Below are positions 21,882-34,426 of a stretch of 64,000 bases of DNA, piece by piece. Both the position numbers and the translations under genes were made by a program. How positions within the stretch are numbered: the stretch's first letter is position 1; every line of letters begins with the position of its first letter. The stretch spans positions 62,001-126,000 of the forward strand of contig JAANOX010000231.1 of assembly GCA_020184695.1 (NCBI GenBank). Direction: 5' to 3'. The stretch comes from Histomonas meleagridis 2922-C6/04-290x (lineage: Eukaryota > Protista > Parabasalia). The notes below the pieces were generated by a model, which worked only from the letters and a program-made list of their open reading frames with translations, was not told where the DNA came from and searched no databases.

Positions 21882-22379
21882 AACTAATAAATTGAATTTA
21901 CTAATTGTTATTTTTTATTTTTTCAATTTTAAAAAATTCATATTAAAAACAATTTGTTCTTAACATTTTCCATGTCATTTTAATTTCACATCTGTACACA
22001 ATAATTTTCAAGCACACTCCACCTTGAGAGTGTTACTTTATAATTAAAATGACAAATTTTAATTATTAATGCATTAATATTTATTCATAATTTTTACCTT
22101 ATAAAGTTCTTTTGTATATTAATTCTGTTGGCGAATTCATCCCTTCAGATGTTTTTAACATTCAAAAGATGACCTGATATTAATTTAATTTTTCTTCAAG
22201 TTCAAATTTGAACTTTAAAACAATTTTCTGATTGAGAAACTCTCCACACAAGGAATGAGCACGAGATTTTGATTTGAAAAAAAAAAAAAAATTAATTTAA
22301 CAAATTAAGATTTCTCATATAAAACCAGAATTAAGACAAAAAAATCTGTTAAAAGAAAATTATGTGCAATGAAGTTTGT

Positions 22380-22802
22380 TTAACGGTATGACATTTGTCT
22401 GCGGACACGGGCACCTTGACCACCGAACTTCTTTGGCTCCATACGACGTGGATCAGCAACAAGGAGTGTACGATCGTAGTCAAGGAGGACCTTCTTGATT
22501 TCATCTTTAGCTTGTTCGTCTACATACTTTTGGTAATATGCAACAACGGCCTTAGCGATAGCTTGACGAATGGCATAAATTTGGGCAACGCTACCACCAC
22601 CATGGCAACGGAGGCGGATATCGAGGTTCTTGTATTTGTCTTCACCGATAAGGAGAAGTGGTTCCATGAGCTTGGCCTTAAGGGTTTCAGTTCCAACAAG
22701 ACCAAGTGGAACACCATTTAATTTGATGAGGCCTGAGCCTTCCTTGCAATAGGCGACTGCTGTAGCTGTCTTCTTGCGTCCAAAGACTTGAACACTCTTC
22801 AT
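22380..22802 (-). CDS. RPS16: 40S ribosomal protein S16 (uS9)
   Basis: [50 protein letters not shown] and terminal SYR. Confidence 0.98.
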   Translation of the reverse strand: MKSVQVFGRKKTATAVAYCKEGSGLIKLNGVPLGLVGTETLKAKLMEPLLLIGEDKYKNLDIRLRCHGGGSVAQIYAIRQAIAKAVVAYYQKYVDEQAKDEIKKVLLDYDRTLLVADPRRMEPKKFGGQGARVRRQMSYR

Positions 22803-22880
22803 AGAAAAGGAATGACCAAAAGGCACTTTTCAAAACCGTTTATTTGAAATTGAATGTTTTTTTGGTCGTAAACAAGAAAA
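22803..22880. promoter_or_regulatory. 78-bp bidirectional promoter between RPS16 and DDX51
   Basis: AAACCGTTT (22833-22841) reads as an M3-like site on both strands; CCTTT elements lie on the RPS16 strand. Confidence 0.65.
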
Positions 22881-24215
22881 ATGGAAGAAACAGAAGAAAA
22901 TGTTTCTTGGACCGATTTTCAAATGATACCAGAATTCTTATATCATAATCTTATAGATGGAGGGTTTGATTTTCCTTTTTTAGTTCAATCTGCTGTTATT
23001 TCAACATTTTTTTCGACTACATCAGATCTTGCAATTGGTTATCCTACAGGTAGTGGAAAAACATTGTCATATCTCATTCCAATTATTTCTTGTTTACATA
23101 GTCGAATTGTTCCACGTCTTCGTGCTCTAATTGTTGTCCCAAATCGAGAGTTAGCAAGACAAGTATTTTTTGTTGCTTCTTCTCTCATTAAAAATTCCAA
23201 TCTTTCTCTAACCATTTTAAATACAAACAGTTATGCAGGACCAAAATCTACACCAACGAATACGGATATAGTAATTACTACAGCACATGGGCTTTCTACA
23301 TATCTCATTGAAGTTGATCCAACCATTTTATCAACTGTTGAGTTCATTGTTCTAGATGAAGGTGATGTTATTCTTGAACAACCACTTGAAAATTGGCTTG
23401 AACATGTTACCAAATCGCTTTATAGTGGTCAATATCCAGCATATTTTGAGTCTCCAATAGTCTGTTGTCCACCCAAACAACGGAAGATTCGAAAGATTTT
23501 ATGTTCAGCCACGTTATCACGTAATTCCAAACAGTCCGAAGATTTTGGCATGGTTTCTCCAATTTTCCTTGTTTCTTCTGATAAATCGCGCTATGTTGTT
23601 CCGCAAGGCATCACCGAAGAGTTTATAGTAATTCCACGCGGTCGTAAAACCGCCGCTTTGATGGCAATTTGTGAGAAACTTAAATATGTTTTATGTTTTG
23701 TCTCCACCACAAAGCGCTGTATTTCATTAGCGTCAGCTATGAAGAAATTAAAGCCAGATCTGTCGATTGTTGAATTTGCAGCAGCAGCAACAAATCAACA
23801 GAAAAAAAGAGCACTTGAAAATATCGAAGAAGGACAAACGAGACTTATTATAGCAACAGATTCATTAGCAAGAGGAATCGATTTGCCGTTTTTGGATGCA
23901 GTTGTTAATTATGACGTCCCAAGTTCATCAAGAACTTATGTCCACAGAATGGGAAGAACTGCACGAGGAGGAGCGCAAGGAAAATGTATAACTTTTGTTG
24001 TGGAAAAGGAATTGGAATTTTTTAAAGGAGTAATAGAGAAAATCGACGGATCAGCGCCAAGAGAAGCGACGTGCAACTTCGATAGGTTCATAAGTAAGGA
24101 ATACTTCGATATAACAAAAAGAATAGAAAAACATAAGTCAAAAGTTATCGGAAAGACTAAAGAGGTCAAAGCCGATACGGAAGATGATGAAACAGAAACA
24201 GAAGAAAATCAATAA
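22881..24215 (+). CDS. DDX51: DEAD-box RNA helicase DDX51/Dbp6
   Basis: PTGSGKTLSY, RLRALIVVPNRELA, LDEG, SATL, DSLARGID and YVHRMGRTARGG. The FPFLVQ...DLAI...SRIVPRLRAL context is typical of Dbp6. Confidence 0.88.
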   Translation: MEETEENVSWTDFQMIPEFLYHNLIDGGFDFPFLVQSAVISTFFSTTSDLAIGYPTGSGKTLSYLIPIISCLHSRIVPRLRALIVVPNRELARQVFFVASSLIKNSNLSLTILNTNSYAGPKSTPTNTDIVITTAHGLSTYLIEVDPTILSTVEFIVLDEGDVILEQPLENWLEHVTKSLYSGQYPAYFESPIVCCPPKQRKIRKILCSATLSRNSKQSEDFGMVSPIFLVSSDKSRYVVPQGITEEFIVIPRGRKTAALMAICEKLKYVLCFVSTTKRCISLASAMKKLKPDLSIVEFAAAATNQQKKRALENIEEGQTRLIIATDSLARGIDLPFLDAVVNYDVPSSSRTYVHRMGRTARGGAQGKCITFVVEKELEFFKGVIEKIDGSAPREATCNFDRFISKEYFDITKRIEKHKSKVIGKTKEVKADTEDDETETEENQ

Positions 24216-24329
24216 ATATTTATAGAGTTTGAAAAATGTTTTCATTTTATTTTTTATTAATCATAAAAATGTTACATTAATTGAATTTCTTTGGATAAAT
24301 TAAATGTTTAAAATATTTATTTATGAATA

Positions 24330-24900
24330 ATGCTAATGTAAATAATGCAGGCAAATATGCACTTTATAAAGGCGCCATGAAAAAATGTTTACTTTGAAAG
24401 ATTGTCATTCAGAGAAGAAGTTTTACAGCATGTTGATTAATGTTAAATAATATCATTGTAGTTCACTCATAATGGTTTTTTGTGGAATCTATCGTTTAAG
24501 GGATTTTCATTTTGATGCACTTGTGAAAACTAAAATCTTCTGCATCTTTGGCAATAAAAGATTAGACCAAAAGTTTCATGCTTTATTCATTAGATGTCCA
24601 ATTCAGAAATTCATCAAAGGTATGTGTATGACATAGATGATTATATTAATGAAAATTTTGAAACACTTTCAAAGAATGATTGTACACTACATATGCAATA
24701 TATTAAAGAAGGAATTATTCATAATGCTCTTTCAAAATAATATGAAATGCTGAAATAGAAATTTTTTGGATCAGTTTAATGTTTTAAATATTTTGATTAG
24801 AATAGTGTAAATATACAAAAAACAGGTAAATATGCAGTTACAGGTGGAAATGAAGAAATCATTCATCATTTGAAGAATTCTATTCATATGAAACAGTAAA
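24330..24900 (+). pseudogene. Decayed DUF3447/ankyrin-repeat gene relic
   Basis: KYAVTGGNEEIIHHLK at 24828-24875 matches the trichomonad YAIxGGNxEIIHxL motif; flanks contain many stops. Confidence 0.55.
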
Positions 24901-25352
24901 TGAATTTTATCTAAATAATATCCTCACGAAAATAAAATATACCAAATTAGAACCTTAGAAAGTTTTTTGAGCATCTTGCATTTTATCTAACATATATATA
25001 TATATTTAAATTTGATTGAAGAAGGAATGGAAATCATTAATAGTATTATTAATGTATTAGCTCAATATGTTAATATATATCTTATTTAGCATTTTAAAAA
25101 GGGAAACAATTCCTAAAAATTTTTTAACAACATCTAAAAATTTGAAGTTTCTAATCAAAATAACATATGGAAAATATTCAAATTATTTTTGACATCATCT
25201 TCAAATGTATTATACATAAATCGTTAAATTACCTTCTGTTCTAACAAACATATGAAAGCTCCTTCTTTTTATTCAAATAAAACTATACATATTTCTAACA
25301 ACACATAAATATTCAATTACATATATTTATATATAACCAGAAATATAAAACA

Positions 25353-28300
25353 CTAAATGAGTGATAAGCTTATTTCACTTTCACTTTCGGCAGGAGCGTT
25401 CGGCTTTTTTTGGTTATTTTTCTTTGCGAAAATTCGTTTTAAGCAAGAACACATTTTTTCCTTTTTGGTCAACTTATGGTTTCTAATTATTTCTTCGAAG
25501 TTAATATCATTAAAACCATTTTCCAACACATTTTCCATCACATCGAATGGCACAGACGGCCACACATTTTGGAAAGTGTCCTCCAACAAGTCGCATAATT
25601 TCTTCTTTTCGAAGTTAAACTTTGGGTTTTTAGTTTCTTTTCGAATATATTTTTGGATTTTTGCGATTATTGCATTTGTAATATCGACTTCGTTATCTTC
25701 TTTTTCATACTTATCTTTTGCCCATTTCAATATTGTTTCGAAAATCGATAAAATTCGTTTCTTCACTGTATAAATATTCGTGAACCAATCATGAATGAAT
25801 GAATAACCAATTCCGATGACACCACTCGCTGCTATTGCTGAAGCTAAAGCAACAATAATCTCAACGGCATCATTAAGTTCACAACTTTCCGCAAGTGTTG
25901 AACTTTTATCTTGGAATGTATTAAAACCTGTTGAATCATAACATCGATTATCATCTGTAGAATTACCTTGACAAGTTTTCGGTACATTTGATAAACATTT
26001 TATTGCTAAGTTACCAAATGCTTTATCACCAATTACAATCGAATTGTTTTTACTAAGTTCTTTATCAAAATAAATTCGTGTTAATCCTTTACATTGAAGA
26101 AATGCATTTCGTCCAATATATGAAACATTTTTAGGAAATTGTAATACTTGTGTAAAACCTGTACAATAAGCAAATGCTGAATCACCAATATATATTAAAG
26201 ATTGGGGTAAAATTAATTGGTTTTCTAATCCATGACAATCGAAGAATGCAAAATTACCAATATAAACTAAAGTGTTTGGTAAATCTAATGTACCTTTTAA
26301 TGAAGTACAACTAAAGAATTCATTATTACCAATTTCTTTAAGGATTTTGGTGTGGATTTCAAGTTGTCCATTAAAACCTTTACATTCAGAGAATGCATAA
26401 GCGCCAATATATTCAACATTATCACCAATTATTAATGAACCAGTGAATGAAGAACATAATGTAAATGCATATTGATTAATTATTTTTACATTATTAGGTA
26501 TAATTAAAGGTCCAGCAAATTTAAAATTAGAAAATGCATATGCACCAATTTCTATAAGTGAATCAGGTAATACTAATGATCCACCAAATGAAGTACAACC
26601 TAAGAATGCATATGATGAAATTATTTGTAATTTTGTATTATTAGTGAAATCTAAAATACCATTAAATCCATTACAATTAGCAAATGCACTTTGCCCAATT
26701 GAAACAAGGCGTTTAGGTAAAAATAATGATCTTGTAATACTTTTACATCCTGAAAATGATTCTCGTTCAATACTAATAAGTCTTTTAGGTAATCTTGAAG
26801 CTAAGTCAAATGAATCTAATTTCCAAAATGCTTCATCATCAATAATTAAATCTTTTCCATTTGAATGATATAAAATTAGGACATTGCTCAATGAAATGTG
26901 AACTAATCCTAGTAACAGTTGAAGCAATTTTTATGTATTTTAATGTTGACGACTTTTTTAATACAATATGACGGAATTATTGATGAAGAAAATAGAAAAC
27001 TTTGATCGCATGAATCTTCAAATGAATATGATTCCATCTCTAAAACACTAGTACAATCAAATTCTAATGATGAACATTTAATTAATGCTTGTGATTCTAT
27101 TTTAATAATTATTGAATTTTCATCTAGCAAAACACTTTTTAATGATGGACAATTACAAAAAGCATTGTGACCAAATGTTACATTTGAATAAATAAAATAT
27201 ATTGCTTGAAGTGATGTACAATCTGTAAATGAATTACTTAATATGAAATTACCATTAGAAAAAGATATAGTTGTAATTTTGGGACAATTTTTCGTTGAAA
27301 ATTTTATGGTACCCAATCCAACAATACTAAGTGATTCCAAATTTTTACAATCAGTCACAAAATCACTTAAATTTCCTTTAGTACCAATGACAATTTGTTC
27401 AAGATTATCACAGCTCGAAATTGCACCATAAGAAATATCTTCTGAAAAAATTTCTAGATATTTTAATGAAGAACATCCATAAAATGCATCATTTCCAACG
27501 AATGTATTCTCGAGAATACCTAATCTTTTTAAATTTGTACATTCATAAAATGCATTCGATAAAACCATTACAGCTTTTAGTTGTTGAGGTTCTGAAATAT
27601 CAAGGTTTTTACAATGGGAAAAACAACCATCATCAAAATATATATAAGAATTGTGATCAAAAGAAAGGTCATTAATATTTGTATATGCAAAACAACTAGA
27701 ACCAAATGTTATGTTCTTAATAAAATAATTATTAAATGAAATATCACAACTTAAAGCAGAATTTTCAAATGCATACGAACCTATTTCTAATATTCTCTCA
27801 TCATATGATTGTTTGAATGATATCGATGAAATATTTAATCCTTGAAAACATTTTTCACCAATTGTTTGAAGACTTCCAGGAAAGATAATTTCTCCTGTTA
27901 ATTATGTATCAACAAATGCTGAATCGCCAATTGTTTTTAATTTAGAATCATCAGCAAATTGTTGTTTCAATTAATGATTTCAATTTCTCTTAATGAATAT
28001 GGAAACATATTACCAAGTGGTTTAGTAAATGTATGATAAAAAAAAAGCATAAGAACATATTCTTGTAAGTTTTGAATTACTAGGAAATGAAATTGAAGAA
28101 ATTTTTGTGAAAATAAAACAACGAGTACCAATTTCAGTTAGCTGAAAAGGAAATAATACATCACACGTTAATAAAATACATCCTTCAAAAACACTTTCAC
28201 CTAAAATTAAACTTGCGTTTTCTGATGATGAATCTTCAAATGAGATTGATGAAATTTTTGTGTAATAAAAACACCCGTTGCCAATTATTTGCAGAGATGA

Positions 28301-28693
28301 AGATAATTGAATATGTCCAGTGAGATTTGCATGATAAAATACCGTAGATCCAAACATTTGAAGTTGTGAGCCTTCTTCGAAATTTTATAAAGCGATCTGT
28401 TGTGAATGAAAATAATTGGCTCCTATGGAAATTATGCTGCTTGGAATCGTGAGCGAACCACTTATAATACCGGTATGGCCCCCATGTAGAACTAAATGCG
28501 CTACAGGATAATTATTGTTTTGGTGTTGAATGGTAGATGGTATTACTAAATTATTTGTATCTTTGAGAATTTTGGTAAGATTTATTGAACTTGTGGATTC
28601 ATCATAACAATATTCAAATAGGCCATCTGTTGTGTTATAATAGTCAGGTAAATTCTTTACGAATGAAAACAAGAATAAAAGAAAACAAAACAT
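25353..28693 (-). pseudogene. Fragmented large BspA-like LRR surface-protein gene
   Basis: Signal peptide MFCFLLFLFSF at 28693. TpLRR repeats (xxIGxxAFxxC) run through 28385-28762, 28022-28357, stop-ridden 27680-28020, 26909-27568 and 25353-26927, ending in a TM helix and cytoplasmic tail. Confidence 0.85.
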
Positions 28694-28953
28694 ATATAAA
28701 TGATCAATATGACAGTGAACTAACACAATAGTGTCATTAATTAACAAAAAAATATTTATCAAACTTTCAATTGAAATATTAATATTCTTAAGAACGATAT
28801 TGATCGTAACGTTACAAGGAATTGAAAGAGTTATTGTTGTTACAGAACTTTTTGATATATTTCATACAATATTTTGTTTATTAAAAACGCCTTTACACAC
28901 AACAAATTTCTTTAAAGTGTGCAAATCCATGTCGAATCCATTTTAAAAGAACA

Positions 28954-29712
28954 TCATTCTGGGTATTTTGCACCCTGTTTGGATAAAGATGACTTGACAA
29001 AATTTCGCAAAGCTGAAAATGTTTTCTCATTTAGCCTTGACACATCAATGTTAATAACAGCTAAACCATTATCTAGCTCTGGTTGCATCTCTTTGATAAT
29101 TTTTATCATTTCAAGATGGTCTTCATCAGATGAAATCATTGAAGTTGCATTTAAAAAATTATTAACGTCTTGTTCGCTAGGAGTAGCTAGAAATTTTCTC
29201 ATTGGTCGTGCAGTTCCTATTGAGTCTGTGAGTTGCTTGATTTTTGCTGGTAGTTGGTTCATTAAGTCAGTAATATAAGTTCTTGTTTCATAAACTAAAT
29301 TACACCATGAACTTAAATTATTGGCTTCGAAGCTTGCTCTTTCCTTTTTGAAAATCTTTCGATTTTCTGCAGCAGCAATTGCGAAATGAGACTTTTCTCC
29401 ATGGTATATTTCTGCATTTTTCCATACCGTTTCTACATCATCATACCATTCTTGTATTTTTTTGTATTTCATATCTTCTAGGTTTTTTACGATTAATAGT
29501 AAATATTGTGGATTTTTGATTATTTTATAATAATCAGGAGCATCATCACCAATAGGATCCCGAAACGGGATTGAAATCGGATGCATCATTAACCTTTTCA
29601 TTACATCTTTGGCTGATTCAAAAAGAGCTTCATTAAACATTCGTTTATCGGTATAGGGTGGTTCAAAACCGTTAACTAGCTTTTGGTCATTCGTTTGTTC
29701 TCTTTTACACAT
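28954..29712 (-). CDS. Bromodomain protein with ET-like C-terminal domain
   Basis: HPISIPFRDPI...DYYKIIKNPQYL...WYDDVETVWKNAEIYH, and C-terminal IDVSRLNEKTFSALRNFV. Confidence 0.92.
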   Translation of the reverse strand: MCKREQTNDQKLVNGFEPPYTDKRMFNEALFESAKDVMKRLMMHPISIPFRDPIGDDAPDYYKIIKNPQYLLLIVKNLEDMKYKKIQEWYDDVETVWKNAEIYHGEKSHFAIAAAENRKIFKKERASFEANNLSSWCNLVYETRTYITDLMNQLPAKIKQLTDSIGTARPMRKFLATPSEQDVNNFLNATSMISSDEDHLEMIKIIKEMQPELDNGLAVINIDVSRLNEKTFSALRNFVKSSLSKQGAKYPE

Positions 29713-29997
29713 GTATAAACATACTCAAATTTTCAAATTCAACTACGCTTGTGTATGACAGGTTTGTAAGTTTTTTCATCAGATTTTATTTTTTTTAAAG
29801 ATTCATTAATTAATGAATAAATTCATTCTTCAAAGGAAAAACGAAAATTAGATGTGACCCAAAAAGAATTGTTTTTAAAGATTAATATGATATCCAATTC
29901 TTTGAATTGGTTCTTTTTCTCAGTTTGATTTTTTAATGTGCACTTTTGATAACGAATTCTGAAGAAAAATGAACGACAGATGACGGTTTTAAATAAA

Positions 29998-31434
29998 ATG
30001 ATTGGGGTTTCGACAATTGAAGCAAAACTAACAGAATTGGATCGTCTTGAAGAACAATGGATGACCGAACGGACGGAACTCCTAACAAAGATATCAGCGT
30101 TAAAACAAGGTCAAGAAGAATGGCCCGAAGTTAAAGCAAATTTATTGGCCAAACTTCATAGCCTTCAAGCTCAAGCCGCTGAAGCAGATAAGCTTGCCCT
30201 GCTAATGTTAAACAGTTCCAACGAGAAATCAACAGATTCACCATCTTCATCAGCATTAGCTTCATCACCTACATCACCCAGTCATAGACAGCCACTTTCT
30301 GTTACTGCCCCACAAGCAAGTCCAGTATCCGCACCTTCATCAACTCCTTCAACTCCATCCAAACCAACTGCCAAAAAGTCGAAAACCACCAAAAAGCGTA
30401 AGAAACCCGTGCACAAAGCAGCTGCGGCTCCTCCACCACCCGCGGAGAGCACAACGACTGCAATTGATTCCACAGTTACATTTGATTATGCTCCCAAATT
30501 TACACTCAGTTTCCATCTTGACTCAATTAGATGCCTTGCTTTTCATCCAACGCTTCCATATCTTGCCTCAGGGTCAGATGATGGAACAATTCGAATCACA
30601 AATCTCGAGACCAAACGTGTCAAAGGTCGACGTAACCCCATTCAGTTTCTTTCGTTACGAGGGCATTCATCTCCTATTTTGTCATTAGCCGTACGAGGAA
30701 ATGTGTTAATTAGTGGAGATGTTGATGGCGGAATCTCCGTATGGGAGTTTGGCGAGATGAAATCCACGCTATACGAAACCCATGGCCGTGTAGATCATCA
30801 CCAAATATTCCATTCACATTTACATAATGATGCGATCTGGTCGATTGCCGCGCATGAGAAAAGTTCTTTCTTTGTTACTGCTTCTTCTGATCAAAGCGTT
30901 CGAACATACGATTGTAACACATATGAATCGACATCTATTTCCACGCCATCTATACCATGTAGTGTCGTTTTTATTAATGATGGCCAATTATTTGTTGTTG
31001 GTTGTATTGATGGTACAATCCTTGTGTATAACTCTAAGCTTGAGCTACAATCGACATTTAATTGTGGCTCACGTATTATTTCGATGTGCACATTTAATAC
31101 ACCTTCGAATATTCTTGTTGCTTGTGAAGATAAAAATGTGAAACTAATGGATGTAATGACTAAGGAAGAAAAGAAAAGTTTCGTTGGTCATGAAGATTTC
31201 GTTTCAAGTATTACTATGTTAAATAATGGATGCTTCTTCGCAACAACAAGCGCTGATAAAACTGTAAGAGCGTGGAGATCACAAACATTTGAAATAGTAT
31301 ACGCCGAGGCTCATCATAGAGATAAATATGGCGAAGGAGGCTTATGCGTAGCTTCAACACCTGCTTCGAACCCACATCAATTTTTCGCATCAAGCGGAGC
31401 TGAGGGAACCGTTAAGGTGTTTGCTCTTAAATAA
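29998..31434 (+). CDS. STRN: Striatin-family WD40 protein
   Basis: N-terminal coiled coil WMTERTELLTKISALKQG...NLLAKL, then a low-complexity linker and WD repeats (FTLSFHLDSIRCLAFH, LRGHSSPILSL, HNDAIWSI). Either ATG 29980 or 29998 may be the start. Confidence 0.85.
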   Translation: MIGVSTIEAKLTELDRLEEQWMTERTELLTKISALKQGQEEWPEVKANLLAKLHSLQAQAAEADKLALLMLNSSNEKSTDSPSSSALASSPTSPSHRQPLSVTAPQASPVSAPSSTPSTPSKPTAKKSKTTKKRKKPVHKAAAAPPPPAESTTTAIDSTVTFDYAPKFTLSFHLDSIRCLAFHPTLPYLASGSDDGTIRITNLETKRVKGRRNPIQFLSLRGHSSPILSLAVRGNVLISGDVDGGISVWEFGEMKSTLYETHGRVDHHQIFHSHLHNDAIWSIAAHEKSSFFVTASSDQSVRTYDCNTYESTSISTPSIPCSVVFINDGQLFVVGCIDGTILVYNSKLELQSTFNCGSRIISMCTFNTPSNILVACEDKNVKLMDVMTKEEKKSFVGHEDFVSSITMLNNGCFFATTSADKTVRAWRSQTFEIVYAEAHHRDKYGEGGLCVASTPASNPHQFFASSGAEGTVKVFALK

Positions 31435-31720
31435 ATAATTAGAAACAATGGAAACAATTGTAAATGTGTTTTGAATATGAACTGGTAAGAAAAAAATGTG
31501 CTCATTTTGATACGTATACCATTTATCAAAACATTCGTATCTAAACCGAATTCTGTAGTACTAGCATTTCACAAAGGAAGTCAATATTAAATGTTATAGT
31601 TTGACGAAAACCGTTTATTTTTGAACGTTTAATATTTTTATTAAGAAGACGTTAAATTAATATTTCAGAGAAAATAAAGTAATCAATATTGAATATAAGC
31701 GGTTTTCTCGTTATTCGCAG

Positions 31721-33295
31721 ATGAGCAAAACAAAACCCGCTGCAACAAATTCGCAGCCTGTAACAGAAACTTTTGAAGCCGAAATATCTTCAATCAAAGA
31801 AAAGGGAAAAGATTTGAAAGGAGAACAAAGAGAATTCTATGCTTCAATCGTACAAAGATTAGAAAATAATGTTAAAGTATTATCTGATTTAAGAGAAGAA
31901 CATAAAGCGCTTAGGAATAATTTAGGCTCACTTGTCAAAACAATGAACAGTCTTTCAGAGGAATCAAATCTTCAAGAAGATATCAAACGTTTAAATCATG
32001 AAGTAAACTTTTTAAAGCGTCAAATCGACAAAGCAGTTCACAACAAAGAAAAATCAATTGCACGACAAAAAGAACTTGAAGCAATTTATTCCAATTTACA
32101 AAATGCTTCTGAGACCGTTCATCCTGAAGAAGCACGCATCCACTCCATGAAGAACAAGCTTGACAAAACCAACATCAAGAATGACGAAACATCTCATCTC
32201 ATGAAAATCTATCAACAAATAATCCGTCAATTTGACAAACAAAAGATGCATTACGCACCAATTCTTCGTGCTACTCAACAACAGATTGATCAAGCACATC
32301 GAGACATTGGTGATCTTACATTAATTGCTCGTGATTCACGACATTCTCAAAACATTGCACGTGATGAATTTCTCACGACCGAAGCACAAATCAATGCATC
32401 TGAGCAACGTCGCCGGAAGATTCTTGAAGCCAAGAAAGCGCAAGCAGCCACATTACAATCGCAGCAAATTTTCCAATCCAAAGAATCCAGTAAACCATCT
32501 CGCGCATTGCATTCGCTCAACTCCCAATCGTCTGTTTTGCGCAACCGGATGAACAAAGCCGTCCGCGAGAAGCGCGAAGAGCGTTTTCGACAAGTTTCAC
32601 AAACATATGATGACATACGCGAACACTTTGGTACGAATGACTCGGAAAAGATCCAACGATTTTTCGAAGAGCGTCGCGAGACGAGTAAAAACTTACAAAA
32701 ACAAATCGAAGAACTCAAAGACAAATGTTCTCATTTAGAGGCTAAAGCATCGCAACTTAAATCATCTATTGAAGAAGCAGAGTTTGCGTCATCGCGAGGA
32801 GTCGGAGGAAAGCGACTTATAAACGAAGGGAAAGTTATATATGAGACGAAAGTACATGAAGTAGAGAATGAACAAAATGAAATTTCCGCTATCGAAACAC
32901 ATCAACGGACAGTCATCTCTGCGATTATGCACATCTTCGAGATAATGCAACTAGTTTGCAAAGTCGAAATCGATACTTCAGATCCAGCGGAAGTATTAAA
33001 TTGGTGCAGAAATAAATGCGAAGAAGTTACGGAGGCACTCGAGAATGAGGACACTGACTTCGTGGAAATGGTAAATAGAAACGCATTTAAGGATTACGTC
33101 GAAAGAACTGAAGTCCCATTTAACATAGAGCAAATAGATTCGCCAAGAAGAAACGGAAAGAGAGCTGATAACCACAAGAGACAGTCGAAGGAAACAAAAA
33201 ATGATACGGCGTCAAGAGTGTTGGATAGAAACGCGGTGAAGGCAATGGCGGCAAGAACTGTGTTGGCATCACAGCAGCAAAAGAAAAGAAATTAA
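31721..33295 (+). CDS. Outer dynein arm docking complex coiled-coil subunit (ODAD3/CCDC151-like)
   Basis: RIHSMKNKLDKTNIKNDETSHLMKIYQQII resembles the ODAD3 RxLENxLDKAxxKxxEA..I.K.Y.QI motif; 524 aa coiled coil. Confidence 0.65.
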   Translation: MSKTKPAATNSQPVTETFEAEISSIKEKGKDLKGEQREFYASIVQRLENNVKVLSDLREEHKALRNNLGSLVKTMNSLSEESNLQEDIKRLNHEVNFLKRQIDKAVHNKEKSIARQKELEAIYSNLQNASETVHPEEARIHSMKNKLDKTNIKNDETSHLMKIYQQIIRQFDKQKMHYAPILRATQQQIDQAHRDIGDLTLIARDSRHSQNIARDEFLTTEAQINASEQRRRKILEAKKAQAATLQSQQIFQSKESSKPSRALHSLNSQSSVLRNRMNKAVREKREERFRQVSQTYDDIREHFGTNDSEKIQRFFEERRETSKNLQKQIEELKDKCSHLEAKASQLKSSIEEAEFASSRGVGGKRLINEGKVIYETKVHEVENEQNEISAIETHQRTVISAIMHIFEIMQLVCKVEIDTSDPAEVLNWCRNKCEEVTEALENEDTDFVEMVNRNAFKDYVERTEVPFNIEQIDSPRRNGKRADNHKRQSKETKNDTASRVLDRNAVKAMAARTVLASQQQKKRN

Positions 33296-33329
33296 ATAAA
33301 GTTTTATTTGATAGCAAATATTAATAGTT

Positions 33330-34310
33330 GTTCTAATAAATTTATGCATTTTTTGATAAGATTCTTTGTATATATATACATGAGAATTTTCTCAGATTCT
33401 AATGGGACCCCATTAATGCTTTATTCAATCAATAAATTTAGATTTTCACTCAAAACTGAAACATTTTCCCTGTATGTTTTCCTTTTTCTGTAATAACTTA
33501 TTATTCAAGAACAATTGATAATGCATATGTTAGGAATAACTAAAAATGGACTCAATTTTTGTGATAATTGTAATTGGTATAAACAAGATTGCCCACCAAG
33601 TAGTTTTGAATAAACAATTAATGGTCAAACTAAAATCTCTTGATCATCTTCAATTTTTCGAAAAATTAATAAATAGGTGCACAATTAAATATTTATCCAT
33701 AAAAGACAAAATTGGTTTCTTTATCTCAGTAAATTTATTCTTTTATATAAGAGCACAATATAAATCTTTGTGTTATAATCTAAAATATATTAACATTCCA
33801 AGTTCCATTTTTTCAATAGGAGCAAATCCATTTCTTGGTTGCAAAGGTCTTCAAATTTTCGACGTTTCAAAAGAAATTTATATTTTAGTAATTATAACAA
33901 CGATGGAGTTTTATATAATAAAGATATTTCACAACTAATGGTTTATCCAATAGGAAATTTATCGCAAACATTTCGTATTCCAAGCTTAGTCACTTCTATT
34001 CGCGCTCATTCATTTTAATATTGTACTAATATTACAACAATTTATTTTGGTGATAATGTTAAATCAATTGGGTTTTGTTCGTTTTCATGCTGTTCATCAC
34101 TTAAATGTATTTATTTTTATGGTGAAACATCACCAACGATATCAAATGACGCGTTTTATGATATCACACCGAAAGTAATGACAATGGCATCATACGCAAA
34201 TGATACGTTCGGAGATTTAAGTGTTATCAACATATTATGAATATTATTCCAATTTTTATTCAATATATTATTTAAATGAAAATATAACTGAAGACAACAA
34301 CAATAATACC
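33330..34310 (+). pseudogene. Decayed BspA-like LRR gene
   Basis: Fragments INIPSSIFSIGANPFLGCKGL, LMVYPIG, FRIPSLVTSIRAHSF and YFYGETSPT are separated by stops and frameshifts. Confidence 0.75.
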
Positions 34311-34426
34311 TGAAATAAATCATTGGTGTTAGGTTTCCTCCTCCAACAAATTTGAAAAAAAAAATATGTTTTATTAATAAAAAAAATGATATAATTTTGT
34401 TTATTTAGAATGAGTTTTTTATATTT

